In this document: piece after piece, positions 9,393 through 18,289 of the stretch
Position numbering within the stretch: position 1 is the stretch's first letter
Layout of the letters: every line of letters begins with the position of its first letter
NCBI GenBank assembly: GCA_050633305.1
Contig: JBOEGF010000019.1
Span: forward strand, 64,001 to 128,000
Length of the DNA: 64,000 nucleotides
Source of the DNA: Nannocystales bacterium
Lineage (GTDB): Bacteria; Myxococcota_A; Polyangia; Nannocystales; Nannocystaceae
Direction of reading: 5' to 3'
Notes under the pieces: model-generated
Told to the model about the DNA's origin: nothing
The model's database searches: none
Seen by the model: the letters and a program-made list of their open reading frames with translations, nothing else
Made by a program: the position numbers and the translations under genes

Positions 9393-12300
9393 TTGGACGA
9401 GGGGCCTATCGACACGGAGCCCGCGGGTTCGGCCCTCGGGGCGGGCGGGGCCCAGCCCTCTCCGGACTCGGCAGCGTTCTTGTCGCGCCTTCGCGAGAAC
9501 CTACGGGGCAAGCTGTTCGGCTCCACACTGAGACCGCCGAGCGTTCAAGGGCCAGAGGGGACCACGTCTCACCCGGCGGAAGCGGGACAACCGAAGATGA
9601 TCGGCCGATACGAGGTGCTTGGTCGCATCGGGAGCGGGGGGATGGGGGTCATCTATGCCGCGCTCGACCCCAGCCTCGGCCGAAAGGTTGCCGTCAAGCT
9701 GCTCAACCCGAAGGGGGGCCAGCACAAGGACGCCCGGAATCGCCTCCTTCGGGAGGCGCAAGCCCTGGCCCGGCTCTCTCACCCCAGTGTCGTGCAGGTG
9801 TACGAGACGGGGGAGTTTGCGGACCAGGTTTTCGTGGCGATGGAGTTCATCGAGGGCACGACGCTGCGTCAGTGGCAGCAGAGTGCAGAGCGATCGTGGC
9901 GAGCGATTCTCGGTGCCTACAAGGCCGCGGCCGAAGGACTCGCGGCGGGTCATAGCGCGGGCATCGTCCATCGTGACTTCAAGCCCGACAACGTGCTCGT
10001 GGGTTCGGATGGTGAGGTGCGGGTGATCGACTTTGGCCTCGCTCGCACTGAAGCCGAGGTGCCGACCGGGGGCGAGGGCGTGCGGTTGCTTCCCGTGGAC
10101 TCGGACCTGGCGTTGACCAAGACAGGAACCCTGATGGGGACGCCCGCGTACATGGCCCCCGAGCAGTTCAAGGGCGAAACGGCGGACGCTCGGACCGATC
10201 AGTTCTCGTTCTGCGTCGCGCTCTACGAGGCCCTGTATGGCTATCGGCCCTTCTCCGGGGGGACGATTCACAAGCTCGCCGCAAACGTGCTGCTTGGCAA
10301 TGTGGAGTCTCCGCCGCGCTACACGGACGTCCCCGAGCGAATGATGCGGGTGCTGTTGCGCGGGCTCGAGGTCGACCCTGTCGAGCGGTACGATGACATG
10401 GACGGGCTCGTGACCGAGCTTCCCGTTGGCGGCTCACGCGTGTGGATGGTTCTACTGGGTGTCGTTGGGGCGCTGGTGGTGCTCGCCGTCGCGAGTGCTG
10501 CGGGCTGGGCGTGGCTCGAAGGTCTGCGCAGGGAGGAGCGCGTTGCTGCGATCAAGGCGGACTACGTCGCCCAGCGGGGCGAAGAAGCCGAGGCTCGGCT
10601 TCGGACGATGGTGGCCCGAGACCCGTCCGAGCGGTACGACGACTTGTTGCTTCGAGGCGCGGAAGCCCGCATCCAGGACGATCCCGCAGCGGCCATCGCC
10701 ATGCTCAAGGCGTTGTCGAGCCCTTCCTCGTCGTTGGTGCCCGCTCGCCTCTTGGGCGCGTCTGCGGCACGTTCGGAGTTGCAAGTACGCCAGGTCCCTG
10801 TCGGGGCTGGACCCATTTCGAGCCTGGCCACCTCGCATGATGGGCGGACGACCGTGGTGGGAACCCGGGGGTTTGGAGCCTACCGAATCGACATCGATGG
10901 TCCCGCCCGTCCGCTGCGGAACTCCCCAGACTTGGTCTCATCGGTGGATGTGTCGGCTGATGGCTCGACCATCGTCGTGGGCGGTGACGATGGAACGACC
11001 TCGATTGTCACGGCGCAGGGAGAGCCGGCCAAGCGTTGGGGGCGCGGCGGTGAGGGAGCGGTGTTCGTGGGAGTGTCGCCGGACGGGAAGACGGTGGCGT
11101 CCGGAGACGCGACCGGGCGCGTCATGCTCGGGACACCCGAGGCCCGGGTTCGAGCGGATCAGCTGCACACAGACGCCGTCACCGCGTTGGCGGTCGGGGA
11201 AGAGGGGCGCACGATGGTGACGGCCGGAAAGGACAGCAAGGTGAAGGTGTCCTTCCTGAAGGAGAAGCGGCGCTGGGACCTTCCGCATCGGGCTGGGGCC
11301 ACGGTGACGTCGATCCAGTTTGGCCCCGAGGAGCTGTTTGCCGACTGTGTGGGCTCCGACGGGCAGGTCTGGCGGGTCGCGACGGCCGAGCGTCGGACGG
11401 CGATCGTCGAAGGGCTGGAGTCGGTTGGACTCTACGCGATCGCCTCCGGCGGTGAAGCCGAGGTTTCGTATGGCGCAGGGCGGCCGCTGCGGCTCGTCCG
11501 GGCCGAAGACGCTCCGGCGCGGGAGCTGTACCAAGGAAAGCTCTCGGCGGTTGCGATGTCCGGCGATGGGCAGGTGGTCGTCGCCGCGGATGCTCAGGAC
11601 ACGGTCCGGGTCTGGCGGGTCGTTCGGCCGCGCGATACGTCACACACGATCATCGACGCCAACGTGCTGACCCTCGCCTACGACCGGGTTCACGATCGAC
11701 TCGCCTTGGGCGGAACCGGTGGACTCGTTCGCTTGTGGACTGGCACCGGAGAAGAACGCGATGGGTTGGGGCAGCTCATCGGCGGCGTGCACGAGCTGAG
11801 CTTCTCCCCGGGTGGGGACAGGCTCGCCGCACTTGGCGGCCTGGGGGGTATCACGGTGTGGGAGGTGGACAAGGACCGCGGACCCCTGAGCCTGCAGCCC
11901 GCGTCGTTCGAGAGTCCGATCGCTTGGTCGAGCGATGGGACGCGCCTCATCGCGCAGAACTGCGAAGGCCCCCGGCGTTGCGGTCTGATCGTCCACGCGC
12001 TGGATACCGACGAGCGGCTTCTATCCACGCTTCTTGGGCACCGTATCGAACGATTCTCTCTCTCGGAGGGCTCGCGTTTTGCCGCGCTTGTGCGCAGCTC
12101 GAAACCCGCTGATGTGGAAGTGTTCGACCTTTCGACCCGGATGTCTTGGAAGCCGCCATGGTCCGAGTTGGACATTCCGGCCGAGATCGTCGGCGTCGCG
12201 TTCACGGATAACGCCCGTGCGCTCCGGCTGGTGTCGCGAGACGGGAACTCGATCCGTCTTTGGCGCTGGGAACCGCAGACGCAGATCGTGACCGAGCTCG

Positions 12301-12695
12301 ATGAGGTGGAGACCGACGCGGTCTATGACCTCGCCGACGGTAGCGCTCTACTGCTGCGCATGCCCGAAGGCGGAGAGCTGTGGATGGTGGATGAGTTTCT
12401 GCGTCACCGGGTTGGGACGCTGCCCAACATCGTTGAGCGCTTCGAACTCTCGCCGAACCGCGATGTGCTTCTGGTCGAGTCGACAAGCGGCGTTGAGCTC
12501 ATTCATGTTCCCACGGGGATCCGGCACACGGTCGATGACATCGAGCCGCCGTATGCGTGGCGCGGGCTGTCGGCGTTCGCGCTGGGGCGTCCCCGAGCCG
12601 TGATGTTGCGGGACGATCCAACGCCGGACAGCGCCGAGGCGTTTGCCCTGTGGCTCGACACGCTGACCGACGCGGCGCCTCGAGAGCTCCGCTGA
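9393..12695 (+). CDS. Ser/Thr protein kinase with TM segment and WD40-like beta-propeller repeats
   Basis: IGSGGMGVIY, VAVKLL, HRDFKPDNV, DFGLAR and GTPAYMAPEQ; repeats such as VSPDGKTVASGD and FSPGGDRLAA. The start is uncertain (in-frame TTG 9393; the ORF opens at 9156). Confidence 0.88.
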   Translation: MDEGPIDTEPAGSALGAGGAQPSPDSAAFLSRLRENLRGKLFGSTLRPPSVQGPEGTTSHPAEAGQPKMIGRYEVLGRIGSGGMGVIYAALDPSLGRKVAVKLLNPKGGQHKDARNRLLREAQALARLSHPSVVQVYETGEFADQVFVAMEFIEGTTLRQWQQSAERSWRAILGAYKAAAEGLAAGHSAGIVHRDFKPDNVLVGSDGEVRVIDFGLARTEAEVPTGGEGVRLLPVDSDLALTKTGTLMGTPAYMAPEQFKGETADARTDQFSFCVALYEALYGYRPFSGGTIHKLAANVLLGNVESPPRYTDVPERMMRVLLRGLEVDPVERYDDMDGLVTELPVGGSRVWMVLLGVVGALVVLAVASAAGWAWLEGLRREERVAAIKADYVAQRGEEAEARLRTMVARDPSERYDDLLLRGAEARIQDDPAAAIAMLKALSSPSSSLVPARLLGASAARSELQVRQVPVGAGPISSLATSHDGRTTVVGTRGFGAYRIDIDGPARPLRNSPDLVSSVDVSADGSTIVVGGDDGTTSIVTAQGEPAKRWGRGGEGAVFVGVSPDGKTVASGDATGRVMLGTPEARVRADQLHTDAVTALAVGEEGRTMVTAGKDSKVKVSFLKEKRRWDLPHRAGATVTSIQFGPEELFADCVGSDGQVWRVATAERRTAIVEGLESVGLYAIASGGEAEVSYGAGRPLRLVRAEDAPARELYQGKLSAVAMSGDGQVVVAADAQDTVRVWRVVRPRDTSHTIIDANVLTLAYDRVHDRLALGGTGGLVRLWTGTGEERDGLGQLIGGVHELSFSPGGDRLAALGGLGGITVWEVDKDRGPLSLQPASFESPIAWSSDGTRLIAQNCEGPRRCGLIVHALDTDERLLSTLLGHRIERFSLSEGSRFAALVRSSKPADVEVFDLSTRMSWKPPWSELDIPAEIVGVAFTDNARALRLVSRDGNSIRLWRWEPQTQIVTELDEVETDAVYDLADGSALLLRMPEGGELWMVDEFLRHRVGTLPNIVERFELSPNRDVLLVESTSGVELIHVPTGIRHTVDDIEPPYAWRGLSAFALGRPRAVMLRDDPTPDSAEAFALWLDTLTDAAPRELR

Positions 12696-12749
12696 TGCTC
12701 GAAGCCCATGCGGGCCCGTGGGACGTGTGGTCGGAGTCCAGGCGGAAGT

Positions 12750-14105
12750 TCAGGTGAAGAAGCCGGGCAGGCCGCCCGAGGCTGGGTCGTTGTTGCCGAA
12801 GGTCTGGATGTCGACATCCATCGCTTGGGCCAAGGAGACCAGCAGTCGGTTGTGTGGGACGCGGTCGTAGGTCAGGTAACGACCGGTCTGAAGGGCACCG
12901 CCGCCACCACCAAAGGTGACGAACGGGACGGGGTGGTTTCCGTGGCTGTTGCCGCGTGAGAGCTCGTTGCCCCACACCACGATCGTGTTGTCCAACAGGG
13001 TCCCGTCGCCTTCGGGCACTGCCGCCATGGCGTCGAGCAGATACTTGACCTCCTCGGCGTACCAGACGTTGATCGATGTGATCTGGTCGATCATGGACTG
13101 GTCCTCGTCACCGAGGTGCGACAGGTCGTGGTGACGCGTCGCGCCGACCCAGCTGAACTCGGTCTGGCTGACGGAGCGGGACCACTGAAGGCTCGCCACA
13201 CGCGTGAGGTCGCAGGCGAGCGACATCACCATCTGGTCGATCATCAGCCGCGAGACGGCGGGGAAGTTCTCGTTGGCGTCGAAGTTGAAGCCGTACTTCT
13301 GGGTCGGCGGCTCGCAGATCGGAGTCGCCAAGTCGTTGCGCTTCTCGATCTCGCGGATCGCCTCGAGGTGCGCGCTGATCTTCTGCTTGTCGGCGCTGCT
13401 GTACTTCGACTCCAGGCCTTCGAGGTCGCTGTGGACGAGGTCCAGCACACTGCGGCGCTCCGCCTTGAGGCGGTCGAGCTCGCCGGTGTCGACACCCAGG
13501 TCCGCGAACAGGCGGGCGAACATCGCCTCGGGGTTGTTCTCGGCGGCGACGGGGTTGTCCGAGCCGCCGTAGATCATCCGGCTCCAGTTGTTGGCACCGC
13601 CGTTTTGAACGCCGAACTCGAGTGACTTGTACGCGGTCTCGTTGCCGAGCTGATCGGCGATGGCCTGGTCGATCGATGCCGCGCCTGCCCAGCCCGCGGA
13701 ACCGCCGTCGCCGCCGCCGAAGTCGCCCGCGTTGAGTTGGTTGCCCGTCCAAAGACAGGCCATGCCTTTTTGGTGGCCATCACCGAGGCCCTGTCGCACA
13801 ACCTCGAGGCCATCGAGGATACACATCTGGTCCTTGTAGTCCTCGAGCGGCGCCAGCAGCTCGCGCAGCTGGAAGTCGTTCTCGGTCCCGGTGGGTGCCC
13901 ACCGCTCGTGCAGTGTCCCGTTGGGCGTGAACAGCAGCACCAGACGCTTGGGAAGAGGGTCTGCGCCGGCCTGCGACTCGAGCATCGGGATGAATGGCGC
14001 CAAGGCAGCGGAGGCGCCGATCGATCCCAAGAAGCCACGCCGAGAGAAGCCTCGGTTTTTACGCTTCGGCGTTGCGGTGGAGGGCGTGATGCGTCGGTGG
14101 GTCAT
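12750..14105 (-). CDS. DUF1552 (HXXSHH-type) family Tat-exported protein
   Basis: Tat motif SRRGFL; PKRLVLLFTPNG, SIDQAIAD, ACDLTRVAS, HHDLSH and GTLLDNT. Confidence 0.88.
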   Translation of the reverse strand: MTHRRITPSTATPKRKNRGFSRRGFLGSIGASAALAPFIPMLESQAGADPLPKRLVLLFTPNGTLHERWAPTGTENDFQLRELLAPLEDYKDQMCILDGLEVVRQGLGDGHQKGMACLWTGNQLNAGDFGGGDGGSAGWAGAASIDQAIADQLGNETAYKSLEFGVQNGGANNWSRMIYGGSDNPVAAENNPEAMFARLFADLGVDTGELDRLKAERRSVLDLVHSDLEGLESKYSSADKQKISAHLEAIREIEKRNDLATPICEPPTQKYGFNFDANENFPAVSRLMIDQMVMSLACDLTRVASLQWSRSVSQTEFSWVGATRHHDLSHLGDEDQSMIDQITSINVWYAEEVKYLLDAMAAVPEGDGTLLDNTIVVWGNELSRGNSHGNHPVPFVTFGGGGGALQTGRYLTYDRVPHNRLLVSLAQAMDVDIQTFGNNDPASGGLPGFFT

Positions 14106-14119
14106 CGTCTCGTCTCCTT

Positions 14120-15832
14120 TCACGCTGCACCCTTGCGGAATCGGAACGCGCTGGAGAGGGCGATCTCCCGCAACAAGACGCGTACGTCTTGCCCCGATTC
14201 GTTGAACGCCTCGCTGATGCCATCGATGGCACATGCGTCGGCATCTCCTTCGACGCGACCAAGCGCGTACCTGAACCATTGGCGGCTGAAGCAGGTCCCC
14301 ACGAACTCACTCTGGGCGAGCATGGCGGCGAGCTCAGGGCCGCCGACGAAGGGCCCGTCGACATCGGAGAGGACGATCTCACCCGCGTTGTCGATCGGAA
14401 GACCGCTGGCCTCCTCGGTCCGGAAGGCGCCGATGGAGTCGTAGCCTTCGAGGCCAAAGCCTAGGGGGTCGATCTGGACGTGGCACCCGGAGCAGGCCGG
14501 GTCGGAGGTGTGCTGAGCGAACCGCTCGCGTGTCGTCGCGTCCGGGCTGGGGCTGGGCGGCACGTTGTCGACGTCGGGAGGCGGGGGAGGGAGTTGTTGG
14601 CAGAAGAACTCCTGCCGCAACAACACGCCGCGATGGATCGGGGAGGTTTGGTCCGGGTGAGCGTGCTCGGCCATCACGCCGGGCATCGTCAACAGTCCGG
14701 CACGCTCATCGGCGGGAAGCTCAATCGGCTCCCCGGGAGCCCGCCCCGCGGGAGGGGTCACACCGTAGACCTCGTGGAGGCGAGGATCGTCGGTCAACGT
14801 GATGTTGGCGGTGAGCAGGGTCGACAGGCGGCCGTCTCCTTCTTCCAACACCCACTGCGCGAAAGAGGCGACGTCATCCTTCATCGACTCTGCGAGCGTG
14901 GTGTCGTAGCCCGGGAACATCTCCGGGTCTTTCTCAGCATGCTCGAGCTCGTCCATTCCGAGCCACTGCTGGTGGAAGGACGCGATGGTGTCTCGCGCCT
15001 TGGGGCTCGCGAGCATGCGGTCGACTTGTTCGCGAACACCGTCGGCGCTGGTGAGGGTTCCCGCGCCAGCGGCGTCGAACAGGGCGTCGTCGGGCATCGA
15101 GTCCCACAGGAAGTAGGACAGACGGGACGCGAGTTCGTAGCCATCGAGGGCTACGAGGTCGTCGCCGGCTTCGGGCTGACCGAACTCGACGTGGTAGAGG
15201 AAGAATGGGGACTGCAATACGGCCGCGATCGCGACGCGGAGGCCGTTTTGAACGCTACCGCCGCCAGCGTCCTTGCCGGACATGTAGACGGCGACGACCC
15301 GGTCGAGCTCGCCGGTTTCGAGCGGACGTCGATACGCGTGCATCGTGAATTCGGCGAGGAACTGCTCCGCGCAGGCGTCTCCCTCGGCGGCGTCACAGGG
15401 CAAGAGCTGGGTGAGGTCGCTTGTCGCATCGACGGCGACCGCTTCGGCCGCGGTCATGTACTCCTCGACTTGTAACTCGACGACAGCGGCGTTGCCGTTG
15501 CTCTTGAACGCACCGATGCGCTCGTCGGGCGAGAAGTCTGTGGTGTATCCACCATCGAGCCCCAGCAGGTCACGGACCGTGTGGTCGTACTGTTGAGCCG
15601 TAAGGCGGCGCAGGGACGTCGGGCCGACGTCCGCATCCATGCACAGCGAGGCGGGATCGTCGGGGTCCACGTCGTCGCCCGAATCTCCAGATTCTCCGCC
15701 GTCCGGGTCTCCATCGGTGACTCCGGCCGCGCCGGTACCAAATCCGTTGGCGTCGGCCTCGAAGCCCGAGTAGCAGGCGGTGAGTCCCCAAAGACTCGCC
15801 ACAGCTCCAAGCGTCATGAAACGTGTCGTCAT
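14120..15832 (-). CDS. DUF1592/1588/1595/1587/1585 (PSD/PSCyt) domain lipoprotein with a heme-c motif
   Basis: LRRLTAQQYDHTVRDL, AYRRPL, ELASRLSYFLW, TSPIHRG and CSGCH..IDPLGFGLEGYD; canonical partner of the downstream DUF1552 gene. Confidence 0.88.
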   Translation of the reverse strand: MTTRFMTLGAVASLWGLTACYSGFEADANGFGTGAAGVTDGDPDGGESGDSGDDVDPDDPASLCMDADVGPTSLRRLTAQQYDHTVRDLLGLDGGYTTDFSPDERIGAFKSNGNAAVVELQVEEYMTAAEAVAVDATSDLTQLLPCDAAEGDACAEQFLAEFTMHAYRRPLETGELDRVVAVYMSGKDAGGGSVQNGLRVAIAAVLQSPFFLYHVEFGQPEAGDDLVALDGYELASRLSYFLWDSMPDDALFDAAGAGTLTSADGVREQVDRMLASPKARDTIASFHQQWLGMDELEHAEKDPEMFPGYDTTLAESMKDDVASFAQWVLEEGDGRLSTLLTANITLTDDPRLHEVYGVTPPAGRAPGEPIELPADERAGLLTMPGVMAEHAHPDQTSPIHRGVLLRQEFFCQQLPPPPPDVDNVPPSPSPDATTRERFAQHTSDPACSGCHVQIDPLGFGLEGYDSIGAFRTEEASGLPIDNAGEIVLSDVDGPFVGGPELAAMLAQSEFVGTCFSRQWFRYALGRVEGDADACAIDGISEAFNESGQDVRVLLREIALSSAFRFRKGAA

Positions 15833-16027
15833 CGTGTCTCCCCCTGCCAACAAGATGCCGCGTTTTTCGGGGAATAGGGCAGGAGTCCCGCGGGAAACCG
15901 CCGTCGGGTTCGGACTGTAGGCTGACCACCCCACTTTTCGTCACCCAGCGTCTCGGCGCTGAAATCAGTGTGAGCCGGACCGACCCTCCACCAGAGGCAC
16001 GCACCTCAGGCTGTGGACGAGGGGCCC

Positions 16028-18148
16028 CTACTGCTGGACTTGCTCTCGGATTCGCTCGGCGAGTGACGCACCTACACCTCGCACCGCGCTCAGTTCCTCG
16101 ACCGTCGCTTCGCGGATGGCCGCGACGGATCCAAAGTGCTGTACCAGGGCGCGTTTGAGGCTTGGGCCCACGCCCTTGATGTCGTCGAGGACGCTCCGAA
16201 CCGCGCGCTTGGACCGTCGTTTTCGGTGATGCGTGATCGCGAAACGGTGGGCCTCGTCGCGAACCCGCTCCATCAGGTAGCGCTCCGAGCTCCCCGCTCG
16301 CAAGGCGATCGCATCCTTGAGGTCGGGGACAAAGACTCGCTCGGGTCGCAGACGGAATGCTCGTTTTCCGTCCTCATCCACGGCCCAGTCCCGGTAGGCC
16401 GCGCCTGGTGAGGCGTTGCTGCCTCTCTTGCTTGCGCGCAGACGCTCGAGGCCGTCCTTGGTCATCTCGATGGTGTCTTTTCGCTCCTTGGCGAGCGACA
16501 CCACATCGACCCCCTCGGTGCCGGTGGGAACCCCCATGTCCTGCATGACGGTGATGACTTGCCGCAGCTGCCCCTTGCCGCCGTCGATGACGATCAGATC
16601 GGGAAGCGCCCAGGCGTCATCCTCTTCGTCTGCGTTTTCGCGCTTGCGCATGGCTCGCTTGAAACGGCGACCGAGGATCTCGTACATGCTCGCGAAGTCG
16701 TCGTTCTGGAACACGCCCTGCCGCTTGCCCTCCCCGTCGCCCATCAGGCCGCGGATCTTGAACGAGCGGTACCGCGACTTGTCGGGAGCGCCGTCGACGA
16801 ACACCACCATGGAGGCCACGGTGTCGCTGCCCTGAAGGTGGCTGACGTCGTAACACTCGATCACCCGCGGCAGCTTGGACAGCTGAAGTCGGTCTCGTAG
16901 GCGGGTGAGCGCCGCGTTGTGGTCCTCCCGCTTGTTGCGGCGTGTGGAGAAGTTGGAGGACGCGTTCTTGTTGGCCAGCGCGATCAGCTTGCGGCGGTCA
17001 CCGCGTTCGGGAACGACGAGCGAGACCTTCTTGCCTTTCTTGTCTCGCAGCCACGCCTCGAGGGGCTCGGCATCGTCCTGGGCCAATGCGAACGGCAGGA
17101 CCACCTCGTCAGGAACGAAGGGCGCGCTGTCGTAGTAGGCGGAGAGGAAGTTGGCCATGACCTCCGGGTCGGGGTGCTCGAGGCCGCGGTTGGAGAACGC
17201 CTGCGAGCCCAGAACTTTTCCTTGCCGAATGTGCATGAGGACGAACTCCACGCTGCCACCTTCGCGATACATACCGACCGTGTCTTGGTCGAGGGACGCG
17301 GTGCCCACGATGCGCTGCCCTTCTGTGGCGGATTCGAGCGCTCGGAGCTGGTCGCGCAGGCGGGCTGCGGTCTCGAACTCGAGGACCTCGGCGGCGGACT
17401 CCATGCGCTCACGGAGTCCGACGATCAGCTCGTTGTGTCGGCCCGCAAGGAAAAGCGAGACGTCTTTGACCTGCTCGTCGTAGTCGTCCTTGGGGACGTC
17501 GTACACACAAGGGGCGGGGCAGCGGTCGATCTGATACTGCAGGCACGGCCGCTTGCGGCTGCGCAGCGTGAAGTCGGTGCATGTCCGCAGCTTGAAGTGG
17601 CGGTTGACCACGCGGAGCGTCGAGCGAGCGGTGCGAGCGGAGTGGTAGGGGCCAAAGTAGTAGGCGCCGTCGTGCTTGATGTCTCGGCGCAGCTCCAAGC
17701 GGGGCCAATCCCCCTTGGGGTCGAGTCGGAGCACCAAGTAGTTGGAGTCGTCGCGCAGCTTGACGTTGAATCGCGGGCGGTGCTCCTTGATGAGGTTGTT
17801 CTCCAGGAGCATCGCCTCCTTGTTGGAGGAGACGACCACGGTCTCGATGTCGCCGACGAGCTTGGCGAGCAGCGGCACGAACATGCGGGTGTCTGTGCCG
17901 TTGAAATACTGGCGCACCCGGACCCGCAGGCTCCGGGCCTTGCCCACGTAGACGACCTCGCCGTCGCGACTGCGCATGATGTAGACACCCGGCGACGTCG
18001 GAAGGCGCTTGAGGGCGGCGTCGAGCTCGTCGGGGCTGGTGATCCGCGGTTTCCACCCCTCGGGGGTCGAGCGCGTGGGGGTACGGCTGATGTCCTGAGG
18101 GCGCGCGGATTTCTCCGTCGCCTTCTTTCGGGTTCGTGCGCGGGCCAT
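16028..18148 (-). CDS. uvrC: Excinuclease ABC subunit C
   Basis: GIY-YIG domain PGVYIM...YVGKARSLRVRVRQYF, ENNLIK, CLQYQIDRCPAPC, IECYDVSH, PDLIVIDGGKGQ, RDEAHRFA and C-terminal HhH. Confidence 0.97.
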   Translation of the reverse strand: MARARTRKKATEKSARPQDISRTPTRSTPEGWKPRITSPDELDAALKRLPTSPGVYIMRSRDGEVVYVGKARSLRVRVRQYFNGTDTRMFVPLLAKLVGDIETVVVSSNKEAMLLENNLIKEHRPRFNVKLRDDSNYLVLRLDPKGDWPRLELRRDIKHDGAYYFGPYHSARTARSTLRVVNRHFKLRTCTDFTLRSRKRPCLQYQIDRCPAPCVYDVPKDDYDEQVKDVSLFLAGRHNELIVGLRERMESAAEVLEFETAARLRDQLRALESATEGQRIVGTASLDQDTVGMYREGGSVEFVLMHIRQGKVLGSQAFSNRGLEHPDPEVMANFLSAYYDSAPFVPDEVVLPFALAQDDAEPLEAWLRDKKGKKVSLVVPERGDRRKLIALANKNASSNFSTRRNKREDHNAALTRLRDRLQLSKLPRVIECYDVSHLQGSDTVASMVVFVDGAPDKSRYRSFKIRGLMGDGEGKRQGVFQNDDFASMYEILGRRFKRAMRKRENADEEDDAWALPDLIVIDGGKGQLRQVITVMQDMGVPTGTEGVDVVSLAKERKDTIEMTKDGLERLRASKRGSNASPGAAYRDWAVDEDGKRAFRLRPERVFVPDLKDAIALRAGSSERYLMERVRDEAHRFAITHHRKRRSKRAVRSVLDDIKGVGPSLKRALVQHFGSVAAIREATVEELSAVRGVGASLAERIREQVQQ

Positions 18149-18150
18149 CG

Positions 18151-18289
18151 CTAGCAGCCCGTGGTGAAACCCAGCGCGGAGGATCGCGAAGGTTTTTTCG
18201 CTCCTGGGTCGGAGCCAGAACGCTGCTGTACCGCCAGGAGCGAGAAAGGCGAGTGAGACGTCGTGTTGGGTTTCACCACGGGCTGCTAG
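18151..18289. mobile_element. MITE-like non-autonomous element with 28-bp terminal inverted repeats, bounded by CTAG
   Basis: ctagcagcccgtggtgaaacccagcgcg (18151-18178) matches the reverse complement of 18262-18289 at 26/28 positions, the first 23 perfectly. Internal IR tcgctcctgg / ccaggagcga at 18198-18207 / 18234-18243. Confidence 0.7.

Noticed and set aside
15845..15861. sigma54-like CGGCATCTTGTTGGCA before the DUF1592 gene
   Set aside because: GG-N10-GC spacing fits, but both half-sites deviate and the implied TSS would exclude the evident SD.
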